A DNA stretch of 64,000 nucleotides from positions 7,612,635 to 7,676,634 of the forward strand of contig CM119263.1 in the NCBI GenBank assembly GCA_051294375.1. The letters are read 5' to 3'. Made by a program: the position numbers and the translations under genes. This document shows, piece after piece, positions 24,294-35,011 of this stretch; the stretch's first letter is position 1; every line of letters begins with the position of its first letter. A model generated the notes under the pieces. That model was not told where the DNA came from. It made no database searches and saw only the letters and a list, made by a program, of their open reading frames with translations. The DNA is from Paraspadella gotoi. Taxonomy: Eukaryota; Animalia; Chaetognatha.

Positions 24294-26296
24294 CTAATTT
24301 TTATTGCCCCTGTGCATTGAAGGATTTTCACTCTTCACTTCAAGTAATACGACGTAGAGCTGCAGAAAAGTCTCCGTCAACCGACTGAGGGAATCGGCGT
24401 CTATCCTCTCGATGTTTTGGATGTAACCATCAAAGCTTGCGGAGAAATAAATAAGCAAGTATGATTAAATGGTAAAGTCGATTTGTTATTAATTAACAGA
24501 GTAATTGATCAATGGATGAACGCTTTGTTAATTAATGATTTATAAATCGAGTGCTGATTGATTTAACTACGGTCACGGCAGAATTTCCAGAGATGCTCGA
24601 GCCGCGCTCCCTCGCTTTGATCGGACCTGCAATGATTTTAAGAGATTCGGACATTTATTTTCAGTGGCCACTCGTCCGTTAATCGACGAACCTCGACTCC
24701 ATTTCGCTTGAACAATTGTCGGGGAGCTCAGGGATCGAACCCGAAAAGGCATGATTGTTACGATTCGTTATTAATTGATGATAAATAACTGGGATGCGAC
24801 TCACTCCGGACGTTTTCCCAACTTATATGCTTCAATGATATTAAATCGTTGATTAATTGATTGCTTATGGATTAATTGAAAGGTTGAAACGTTTGATTGA
24901 ACGATCGATCGATTCTCCTAACTTTTGATCGAGTTCCTCGAACGCTTCCTCCTGGATGCCGCTAAATGCGACGAATATTTCGTCAACTTCCGACGCAACT
25001 TTCTTAATTCCGCCGCCGAGGTGAGAGAGAGCCTCGAAAAGCCGACGGAAGACTCCCGGGGCGTTGAGGTCGTTCGGAGGAACTGGGGAAGAAAGGGGGA
25101 GCGAGCGAAGATAAGACGTTGAAAGGAAATTAAATCTTAAGGGAGAGAAAATATAATAAAGGAAAGAATGAAAACGAGGAGGAAAAAAGTCCAAAATGTT
25201 AAAAAAGGGCACGGCCGATTGAGTTAAGCAGGTATCATAAATGTTTCTTCTACATTTTCGTACAGTACAAAAAATTTGCATATTATCCGGGGCACACCAA
25301 AAAAAATTGTATAATGTATTATTAATGGAATGCGAAGCGGTCCTCGGGTTCTCTCGACGCCCATGAATCAATATCATGCAACTTCGCTACTTCACTCACT
25401 AAACTCTTGGAGAATGATTCCGACGCTTTTCACAAATTTTTTCGTCGACTTCAGGGTTGTGATGAGCCATTTTTTCAACTCTTTTGGCGGAATTGATTTA
25501 AGTAATGTTGCAAACCCTTTAAAGAAAGAAAAAGACGTACCAATGAAGAATTCAAAATATCGATTACTAATTGCCAAAATGTTTTTATTTAAAAAGTTAA
25601 AGATAAAAGAAAAATAGATCTTAAAATATAAATTGTAGAAGAAAGCCATTAAACTAAAATTTATGAATCCAGTATGCGAGAATTGTTCAGAGAAACGAGT
25701 TTGTAATATTGAATTTTACCTGTGACTTGGATTTTTTGAAATTGCACTTGCTCGTATAAAAACTTCTCTTGAAAATCTTCGAGCGGTCCAGAAAGTTCCT
25801 CTAATTTGTCCCACACTTGATCAAACGTTTTGTTCTGAAGAGGAAAGTGGATCAATGAAAAAATATACATGTTTATATACAAATAAATGTATAGAATAAA
25901 TATATATATAATTTTTGATCCGCTTGTGAATAAATCTACGGTTACCTCAGCGTCTGTTAATGTTGAAAGCAGTTTAATAATTCCATCCATTAGAGTTTGC
26001 CCTTCATCACGATTGAAGTTTCTGCTATATTTGTTGAAATTGTGTTTGTTACCGTCGTCTGCCCATTTGGGAGATGGAGAAAGACAAGAATTAAGCATAT
26101 ATCATACATGTACGTATATGTTAAGTTAAGCTGCGTGGAACGTCCGAAGTTCATTCGTAACCGGTCTACCGTGATCACTGATCAAACCAACGATAAAGTT
26201 ACCTTTTAATTCGCCAAAAATCTCCGAAGGATTTGTCACCACGACGACGTCGTCGACGACGAAGAAAATCAAAAAAGCAAAAACGGTTCGCCTCAT
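24294..26296 (-). CDS. Six-exon gene encoding a 246-aa putative secreted, cysteine-free alpha-helical protein of unknown function
   Basis: Exons spliced by hand: 26296-26203, 26058-25946, 25834-25720, 25516-25400, 25082-24923, 24435-24294 (94+113+115+117+160+142 = 741 nt = 246 aa + TAG). All five introns are GT..AG (donors gtaact, gtaacc, gtaaaa, gtgagt, gttagg; pyrimidine-rich acceptors) with compatible phases 1,0,1,1,2 and no internal stop. The ATG is in a caaaATG context. Protein: MRRTVFAFLIFFVVDDVVVVTNPSEIFGELKDDGNKHNFNKYSRNFNRDEGQTLMDGIIKLLSTLTDAENKTFDQVWDKLEELSGPLEDFQEKFLYEQVQFQKIQVTGFATLLKSIPPKELKKWLITTLKSTKKFVKSVGIILQEFIPPNDLNAPGVFRRLFEALSHLGGGIKKVASEVDEIFVAFSGIQEEAFEELDQNFDGYIQNIERIDADSLSRLTETFLQLYVVLLEVKSENPSMHRGNKN. 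The N-terminus is signal-peptide-like, there is one N-glycosylation sequon (NKT), and an AATAAA overlaps the last codons. Explains track ORFs 25661-26098, 25392-25649 and 24865-25377. Confidence 0.85.
24728..24744 (-). other. Isolated tRNA T-arm/B-box fragment in intron 5 (probable SINE remnant)
   Basis: TCGGG-TTCGATC-CCTGA forms a 5-bp stem (one G-U) with a canonical T-loop. No A-box or acceptor stem is nearby. Confidence 0.3.
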
Positions 26297-26811
26297 TTTG
26301 TAAATTATTTTAATTTATTTCTGTTATGTTTTTATTTTGTTTTGGTTTTGTTTCTCTGTGAAAAAAAAGTTTAAAAAATCTCACGAAAATCGTCGAGATA
26401 ATTAAAGGGAGTCTTTTCCGTCATAGAATGTAATGATTAGCTGCATATTGATTTTAAAATTGTATAAAACGCAAAAATTTTTACAGAAAAAAAAATCACC
26501 TTGTCATACTTTTTATGTCAAAAAAATCCCAGAACCAAATTCAACGAAGCTTCCTGTTTCGAAAATTCATGACGTAATATCTATAATTGTCTATAATATC
26601 TATAATATCTATATTGTTTTTATTGACTTGCAAAGTCGTTCGTTTATATTTCCATTTTTCAAATGCTAATGTAAACATTATTTTGATATATTTTTTAAAA
26701 AAATATTTGTTATTTTGAGCATACAGTCTATTTTAATATTAAAATTGCGAATACGCACTCCTCGATTCGTGATTTCATTCAAAAATTCTGCCTCTCGAAA
26801 GCTCCGCTCGG

Positions 26812-26900
26812 ATTGGCGGAAGAGGGAAAAAAGCTCGTACGTCATTGGTTGTTGGTAGAGGCACTAAATTTCCTTCGAATCCCTGAAAGTTTTTTTTGAA
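26812..26900 (+). promoter_or_regulatory. Paired inverted CCAAT boxes 32 bp apart followed by a CHR-like TTTGAA
   Basis: ATTGG at 26812-26816 and 26844-26848; TTTGAA at 26895-26900. Lies about 500 bp upstream of the ATG of the minus-strand gene. Confidence 0.3.
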
Positions 26901-27789
26901 AGATTAACATCCAATTCTTCAGAATGAGTAACATTGTTATTTTCCTTTTTCCTTTCAGAAAAAAAAAATTAAAAAAGAAAAATATGCGAAATAAAATCGT
27001 TTTTATTAAAATATTTTGGGACTTATGTTAATATTTAAAGTATTTTTGGATATTTTTACAGATTAATGTAAAGTTGGAATCGAAAATCACATTGTTGAAC
27101 TCAGTTATCACTGACCCTCCTTTTCAATCACCTCAATCACCTGCCTCTATCCCCACCACCTCCCCCCTCCCCCCCTCTTTCTCCCCCGAGATCCAGAGTC
27201 GTTCCAGTCGCCGTCGAATCTCGTCAAAAGAAATGGGAAACTGAGGGCGTCGCCGGAAACGCCGGGCGCGGCCGGGAAGGCGGGGCCGGAAATGCCCGTC
27301 GCAGGGACAATCGGCGAAATGCCCTTCTTTTTTTTTATTTCGAACCCGATTCTAAAATGGACGGCGACGACGGAAACGACGACAAAGACGACGTTTTCGA
27401 CGACAATCCGTGACCAATCTGGAAATTGTCCTCCTTTTTTTTTCTATTTTCTTTCTTTTTATTTCTTTCTTTCTTTTTTTTTTTTTTTGAGTGGAGAAAA
27501 AGAAAATCACGTCGTCTTTCGTTCTTCAAGTCTTAACTCTTAAATATAATTTATTATCGCTATGCTTGTTAACTTAATATCAATCGATTCAGGACTGTCA
27601 TTCCTGGAAGGACCTTCCTCTACAAACTTAAATTAGGAATTTGGAAAGGGAGTTTAAACAACTACTATTATTACTACTACTGGTCGGAAATGTTGATCAC
27701 AAGAACGGTCAAAACGTGACCGGAAAGGAACAAAATTGAGTTACGCTGCTTGGCGTAATAATATTCCACGCAAATACCTTCAATGAAAG

Positions 27790-28341
27790 GGAATACCGTT
27801 TCATGCGCATTAGAGAATCAACTAATACAGGATTATTGCTCCAAAGTCGACGCAACGATCGAGTGAGTGATCGACGTACGAATTGCTCGACTTCGATTCC
27901 CGTCTCGAATCTCATTCTCGTTTCCCCGCGTTTGTCAAAAGCTGCAGGAGCGGCAGAAGCGGCTGCGGAGCGGCGGTGAAGCGATGCGGCAAAGATTTGG
28001 ACGGTAAGTAGCCGATAGTTCGCCCCCATCACATGCTTCCCCGCAGTCATTCTAAAAGAGAACCATAGATCCTTGCCCCAACAAAACTGGAGCATCCTAG
28101 AAATGAGACTCTCACTAGTGAAAATAAAACATACATCAGTCTCTTCAAGAAAATTGTTTACACATAAAAAGATTTCCTGCTTGATTTTCCAGTATTTTAT
28201 AAACTTTTTCCTTTCGTTTTACCGGTTGAACGATTTTATGAAGATGTCAACTATTTAAAAGGAGTAAATTTGGGAAATGATAATATGATTTTTGGATATT
28301 TGGTCAAAATACTTCGAGGGACTCGGGGAAACTGTAATAAG
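27790..28341 (+). CDS. Three candidate internal exons (27790-27862, 27942-28003, 28193-28341), unknown product
   Basis: Strong donors gtgagt (27863) and gtaagt (28004); acceptors tttgtcaaaag and gattttccag. Phase-compatible reading: xNTVSCALENQLIQDYCSKVDATIDCRSGRSGCGAAVKRCGKDLDVFYKLFPFVLPVERFYEDVNYLKGVNLGNDNMIFGYLVKILRGTRGNCNK. The first acceptor and last donor are weak, and a second frame is also open over the first two exons. Confidence 0.3.
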
Positions 28342-28697
28342 GTTAATCGCCGTGTATCACCATGTATAGTTAATAACNNNNNNNNNNAATTTAACCCGCC
28401 TTATAATAATCACTCCTACTGCACAGTCCATCGGAGACTCGCTCCCCAGCCCTTCCAGCTCTGAGCCCAGTCGTCTCTGAATAGCCTGACCAAAGTGACC
28501 AGATCCCCCACCCTTTCAACCTGCAGCCCATGAGTTAGACTTTAGCACCGCGCGCCTTTTGTTTGAAGGACGAGCAAGACTCTCGTAATTTTAAGGAAGT
28601 GACAGAAATCTTTTTTGATGTGTGAGTGAGAGAGAGAGAGATGTATTCTTTTTATTTAATTTAATTGAATTGTAAAAACGTAATATGAATTTATATT

Positions 28698-28770
<73 letters not shown>

Positions 28771-29095
28771 GCACCATTTTCTTCTTCTGTTTTGAGTTTG
28801 ATACAAACGAAATGGAGATTATTTTTTATGCAGTCGACGACGACGACGACGACGACGAAAACGACGCCTTCACACGACGCAGTGGTCAAAAAAGCCTTCG
28901 ACCACACAAAATCACATTCGCTCACACACAGAAAAAAAATAATCTCATAAATATGGAGAAGAATTCGGTGGGAGTCCAGAAGAGACTTTTGATTGAAGGG
29001 CGATGTATTTCATAAATCAGTGTTTGCTTTATCCAATCGCGCCCCGTCACATTCGGTCAAAACAAACAAAAAAAAATATGCGTATAAACGTCTAA

Positions 29096-29131
29096 CCGTC
29101 CGTCCGTCCGTCCGTCCGTCCGTCCGTCCGT
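29096..29131 (+). repeat. (CCGT)n microsatellite
   Basis: Tandem CCGT units. Confidence 0.9.
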
Positions 29132-30097
29132 CGTCAGTCGCCAAGAGTCGATGGGGAAAAAGATTTTTNNNNNNNNNNNNNNNNNNNNNNNNNNNNNNNN
29201 NNNNNNNNNNNNNNNNNNNNNNNNNNNNNNNNNNNNNNNNNNNNNNNNNNNNNNNNNNNNNNNNNNNNNNNNNNNNNNNNNNNNNNNNNNNNNNNNNNNN
29301 NNNNNNNNNNNNNNNNNNNNNNNNNNNNNNNNNNNNNNNNNNNNNNNNNNNNNNNNNNNNNNNNNNNNNNNNNNNNNNNNNNNNNNNNNNNNNNNTGGAA
29401 GCTGGTCAATGTTCTCAACTCTCAATTTTCGTCTTTTGATCGGGCGGGAGAGAGAGAACTAATTTTTTTTAAAAATCAAAATTGGGTTAAAAAGTTTTCG
29501 GTTAATTTTAGAATGTCAAACGAAAAAAATTAATTATTTTCCTTCCCTAAAAAAAAGCAAAAAAGTGAGAAAGCACAAAAGAAGCAAATAGCAGAAAAAA
29601 TGCAAAAGTTCCACCAAAATTCGTCTCGATTCTCTTTCCAGTTTCCACTCTAAAGGATTCCATCTCGTTGTACACGAAGCCGAAACAAATAAATCGGTTT
29701 TTGAGATAAAAAGTTGACCACCCAAAGTCGCAGAAAGGGGGGGGGGAATATGGCGCCAGTTTTGACCGCCGGTCTCCATGGAAACGCGGCACCGATGACG
29801 TCGATGGTCGATCGTCGTAGTCGGTTGTCATCCTTTGTCATTCTTTGTCGAAAACTGTCGTCATTGTCGTATATTGATTTTAGTCATCATTCGTAATTTT
29901 GCTACATTCACTAATCAGAATCTTTCGGTGGTTTAATGATTTGAATTAAAAGTCCTTTGTCATATTTTTTCTGTCTTATTTGGGCTTTGTTGTAGTCGTA
30001 ATTCGTCGTCGTCGTCGTCGCTCAAAAAAGAAAAGAGTGGTTCTCTTCGGATGCAGAGACACGACGACGTTTCATCGTCTCATATCAACTCGAGATG

Positions 30098-30220
<123 letters not shown>

Positions 30221-33200
30221 AAAATAAACGCAAGACGAAGCCAACCGGAAAATGAAAAGGGATTTGGTAAGGATTCGCGACGTTTTGACCAGTGGGGGTA
30301 GACAACCTCTGCGAGTTACTACTGTTATGTAATGTAGTCGTAGATTCTCTCTCTCTCTCACTCACTGCGACTTGAAGCTCAAAATTCCTTGCTAAAAATC
30401 GAGCTGAAAATAAATTAATTATTTCCCGTTCGAGAAAAAAAAAAGGGAAAAAAAGAAAAAAAGGGGAAAAAAATGCAACGTACAATTAGGTAAAGACTCC
30501 GTTGCTGATTAACTAATCCAAAAAGAAGGAACTACGCACTCCGTATTTTTGCGTGTGAACGTGCGTGCTCTTGTGCACGCGGGTGTAAGTTCATGCGTTA
30601 GTTATTCTTCTCGTTCTTCCGGCGTACGGACATTGCAACTAACTGGAATAATGATACTATATATACGACGATATACGTTATTATCGTTATTATTAGTACA
30701 ACTTGAACCTACTACGTCTCCTTTCTGCTGGTTTTCGGATGATGTATATTTCAGAGTCAATTTTGTGAGAAAATTAGGTATTTTTAAGACATCATGAGAT
30801 TTTTTGTCCTCGAACATATTTGCTGAATTTTTTAGACTTTCACTGAGACAGAAATTTGGCCGGTCTTTCGTTGTCGTCTCACCGGATACCATTTTCAACC
30901 CATAACCGAAATCAAAAATGAAAAAAAATTTTTCTGAAAAAGTCCGCATTTTCAATTTTGAATCCGACTACGAAAATTGCAAACCCGGAATTCATTTCTT
31001 CTTTCCTTCCCTCCTAAAAAATCTCGAGAATTCCATTTCAGTAAAACTTGGTTTTTTCTTCTTTGAATTTTTTTTTTTTCAAAAGTTGAAAGAAAAAAAT
31101 TTTTCCTAAGAATCGCGCGCTTGAGCGACGTGGCTCCCGTGGTGGCGTCGTCGTCGTCGTCGTCGGCATCGTCGTCGTCGTCGTCGTCGTCGTCGTCGGG
31201 GTCCTTTGAAAAACTTTCAAACTTTTTAACTTTTGAAATTCTAAACCCCATCGTCGTCGTCCTCATTTTCGTCGTCGTCGTCCTCGTTCGGTTGCTCCTC
31301 CTTCCTCATTTCCTTTCCAGATTCCATTTCTGCTTCGATTCTTTCGCGAATTTTCTTTCGCTTTTCTCTCCGGATTTAGACTCACTTGTAAATATTCCCT
31401 TTCGATTATTGAAAAAAATCAAATTTGATTAGTCAGTTTTGATTTGCTTTTCTTAATATCATGTCAAAAACGTGTCAGTTTTCTGTTAGACCTTCGATGT
31501 TGTTTTCGACGAGTTTCACTATAAAGGACGAGTGAGACATTGCAATCGGGTTTCCTGGCGTCCCTGTCTCATCAGCGGAAGGAGTCCATTCATCTTCTCA
31601 AATCGTTTCTCTTTCTCTTTCTCTCTCCTTTAGTCATTGAATCGATTCTTTGACTTTCTCTCTCCATTGAAACACTTTTAAAAATAATGTAGGCAAATGT
31701 TTTCCTGATTTTTTTTTAAATATAATTTACCCCGAAATAAAACGTGATTTAATTATTCAATGTAGGACTGTATTGCTCTATTACTCCTATCGAACTTTTA
31801 AAGGTTCGAAATTACACTAAAAGAGATATGTTTTAGAAATTATTCGCATTGGGCTGCAGTAGGTATTGGGTAAAGCCAAAAGAGCTTTCGGCTGTCTACA
31901 CTCCACTGGTCTATATGATATCAGTGACAATCGCTTCACCTGCTTCCATGAAATATTCTCAGTGATAAACTCACTGACAAACTCCCACTTTTTTCTCTGT
32001 CCTCAGTGATAAACCCAAAAAACTCACCTCGCGAACAAAAGCCTCGGAAAGTCAGTACTGCGCGTCTGAAGTTCCTCCCTCAGGGAAATTCTCTGGTCAC
32101 GTGACGCGAAGAAAAAAAGTTATCCCGGCGCGGAATATTACTACGTCTTTTCGCTTATTTACTACGAGCAAGTAAAGTACTAGTTCTCCTCAGTTCTCAT
32201 TCATTCATTTTACTCAGTCTCTCTTCCTCCATTCTATCACAATTCTTCACATTGTATATTACATCTAATAATTAAGGTAGTGGTCCTTTAATACAATTGA
32301 AACATTCTTTGAAACATACAACTTCATTGATAGGGAAGTCGGGCGCTCTGGTTGTGAATTTAAGCAAGACTGTGAGAGAGTCTTGATTGAAAGCTAGCAG
32401 GGTCCTGCTCTGTTATTATCTTGTAAGACGGATGGAGGCCTTAAACCAACGTAGCCCGCCAAAAATAGGCAAGATAGCTTGTTTATTAAATAAATAAATA
32501 ATTAATTTTTATATATCATATATCACATTTCTTGTAATTTTTGTTTTAATAAGCATAGCGAGTGACAACTTTTTCGTTGTTTCGTGGTGAAATTCATTGT
32601 CTTGGTCGTCGTCGTCGTCGTCGTCGTCATCGTAATATAGCGATGGTTCGAAGGAGTCCAGACCTTGGCGGAGGCTGCCTCCAGATTTCGCGGAGAATTG
32701 AAGAAGAAAATCTCCTTTGAAAAGGTTGCAACCTTCGACGCATTCATCTGTCCTCTGACTTTCCTTTGTACTTCTTCAATTGTACGCCACCATCCTCTGC
32801 CTTTTGCTGTTTTAATTCCTTATCGTCTCTGATTTACTTTTACACAACTACCTTTCAACTTCTCTTTCTTTCTACTCGAGCTCGCCTCTCACTTTCCACC
32901 TATCTTTACCTCTTCTTCTCTTTTTTTCTCTTTTGTCTTTTCTCGGGCTCCTCTTTCTTTTCTCGCCTTCTCTCTTCGCCTCAGTCATGACCCATCTTCA
33001 CCTCGAAATGTTATTTCACTCAACGGAAATCGATTTTCAATATTTTGTTCTCATTTTTACCCTCATGACTATCTGTGTTCTTTTTAATCTTGTATCTTTA
33101 CATTGCCTATTAAGTATTTATATTATTTTTTTTTTCGGTTTTTAAAATCTTAGTAAAAACTTACTATGAATTCTAGCCGTCCTTAGGAAAGTAAGAGATG

Positions 33201-33522
33201 ATGACTCGTTAAATTTGATTAATTTGCTCCCAGCAGAAAAACAAATACTGCCGAGTGAATTTTTTTTTTGGAAATTCATTTAAAAACTGAATTGAACATT
33301 CGATTTTTCTTCGATTCGTAAATTTCGCCCTGATCTCTCTCTCTCTCGTCTCTCCGTCTCTCTCTCTTCTCTCCTCTCTCTCTCTCTCTCCTCCTCTCCT
33401 CCTCTCTCCTCTCTCTCTCTCTCTCTTCTCTTCCATGAATCATCATCCGGATTTTTGTTCGAGAAAGGCGAAAGAAAAATGGGGCGAAGCGAAAAGATTC
33501 AACCTCCATAGATTTAAATTAG

Positions 33523-33581
33523 ATACGGTGCTGTGGTGCCGCGGCGTCCGAATACGGTGCTGTGGTGCCGCGTTCGTCCGA
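33523..33581 (+). repeat. Two-copy 29-bp direct repeat, each with a TGTGGT (Runx-type) core
   Basis: ATACGGTGCTGTGGTGCCGCG(G/TT)CGTCCGA twice, retained in all three block copies. Confidence 0.85.
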
Positions 33582-33812
33582 AGGAGGTTTGGATGCGGAA
33601 TCGGGTTTGGGAAAACGAGATCGAGAGATCATCGCCTCGATTCTTTTTTGGAGAGAAAAGAGAAATGAAATCGAGTTTTGACCTAATTACGATCTATTTT
33701 TTCGTGGGGGGGGGGTGAGGGGGAGGCAAATTATAATTTTGACAAAACTCTAACGGTGGGAGGGGACGATAATGAATGATAAATCCTATAAATAATAAAT
33801 AATATAATAATA

Positions 33813-33848
<36 letters not shown>

Positions 33849-33981
33849 TAACAAAGAATTACGGTCATTAGAATTCTGTATTTGTAAGAAAAAAAAATTC
33901 ATTTGGGTAGAAGAAAATTCGAGAAATAATTTCGGTGGCAAGTGCTCCGTCGCTGATAGCCATGTCAACGAAAAGAAAGCG

Positions 33982-34033
<52 letters not shown>

Positions 34034-34890
34034 CCGAAATACGGCTCAGCTGGAAATTCGCGTCTCTAATTCCACTAATGAGCGAGAATCCTTTATTCAA
34101 AATCGGTCCTGACTCATTAGCAGGGGTCATCCATCTATGGGCCGAGAATTCCTGGCGTTGGAATCGGGCGCGTCTGTCTCTGTCTCTGTCTCTGTCTCTG
34201 TCTCTGTCTCTGTCTCTCTCCGATTTATACTTCGAAAACAGCGGAAACCGAATTGAGGGTCGATCGAGGGAGCGATCGAGGGTCGCGGGGTTTCGAGCCA
34301 CGCCTCCTCCTTTGTAACCCATTCCCGCAATGTGAAATAAAGTCCATAGAATTCCGTTGGGACAAATCAAGCATGGTCGATTAATTTTGATGATTTGTAA
34401 AAAGATTACAATCTTTTTCTTGAAATAAAATTGAAAAAAAATGTAAGTTTTTGATTAAATTTTAAAAAGAATTGTTATTATATTTTAATAATGATGATTA
34501 ACAATTCAATAATCTAATAATTCATTAATAAATCATCCGATTTAGCTCAAAACTCAATAAATTTGTTTTTTCAATTGGAAAAAAAAATGAATAAATTCAT
34601 TCATGCGTTGAATCCGGAAACCGCGTTTCAGCGCTGCAACTCATATCAAAAGCACAAAAGAAAATTCGAGTAACAATATTGTATTCGAATCGACGACATT
34701 GTCCATCAATTGTAGCTCCAATTTTTGTCATTTTTCGAATTCATTCAACCTTAAATAACGCCTGAAATGAATATTTTCAACTCGTGAGACAATTGATAAA
34801 TGAATCGCTGAACGACGCTAATTTTTTTTTTTAGGTTTCGAGCGAAGGAATTTTTTTTTTTTTTTTTTTTCAAGTCATTAATCAGCAGCG

Positions 34891-35011
34891 TGAGTCACCG
34901 CTAAAAATAGGGCCTTCGCGTGGCGAGGTTTGGTTTTTCCACGACTTCAACGCAAATATTTTGATCCTTGTTGCCCATTTCAGCGCTGCGTGACTGACGT
35001 CAGGTGACTCA
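34891..35011. promoter_or_regulatory. bZIP site cluster (AP-1, CRE, AP-1)
   Basis: TGAGTCA 34891-34897, TGACGTCA 34995-35002, TGACTCA 35005-35011. The other two copies of this block read TGGACGTCCA at the CRE, so that site is uncertain. Confidence 0.25.

Noticed and set aside
24605-24830. Extra small exons inside intron 5 of the secreted-protein gene
   Set aside because: The first introduces a stop in the required phase and the second lacks a phase-compatible donor. Direct splicing from 24923 to 24435 is in frame.
27675-27862. C-type lectin-like words (GTKLSYAAWRNNIP and spaced cysteines)
   Set aside because: This reading needs at least two frameshifts and a stop read-through, and the cysteine spacing is off.
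32340-32470. Structured ncRNA or SINE (two short hairpins, A-box-like word on the minus strand)
   Set aside because: No convincing B-box, H/ACA or C/D boxes, and the copies disagree at the key positions.
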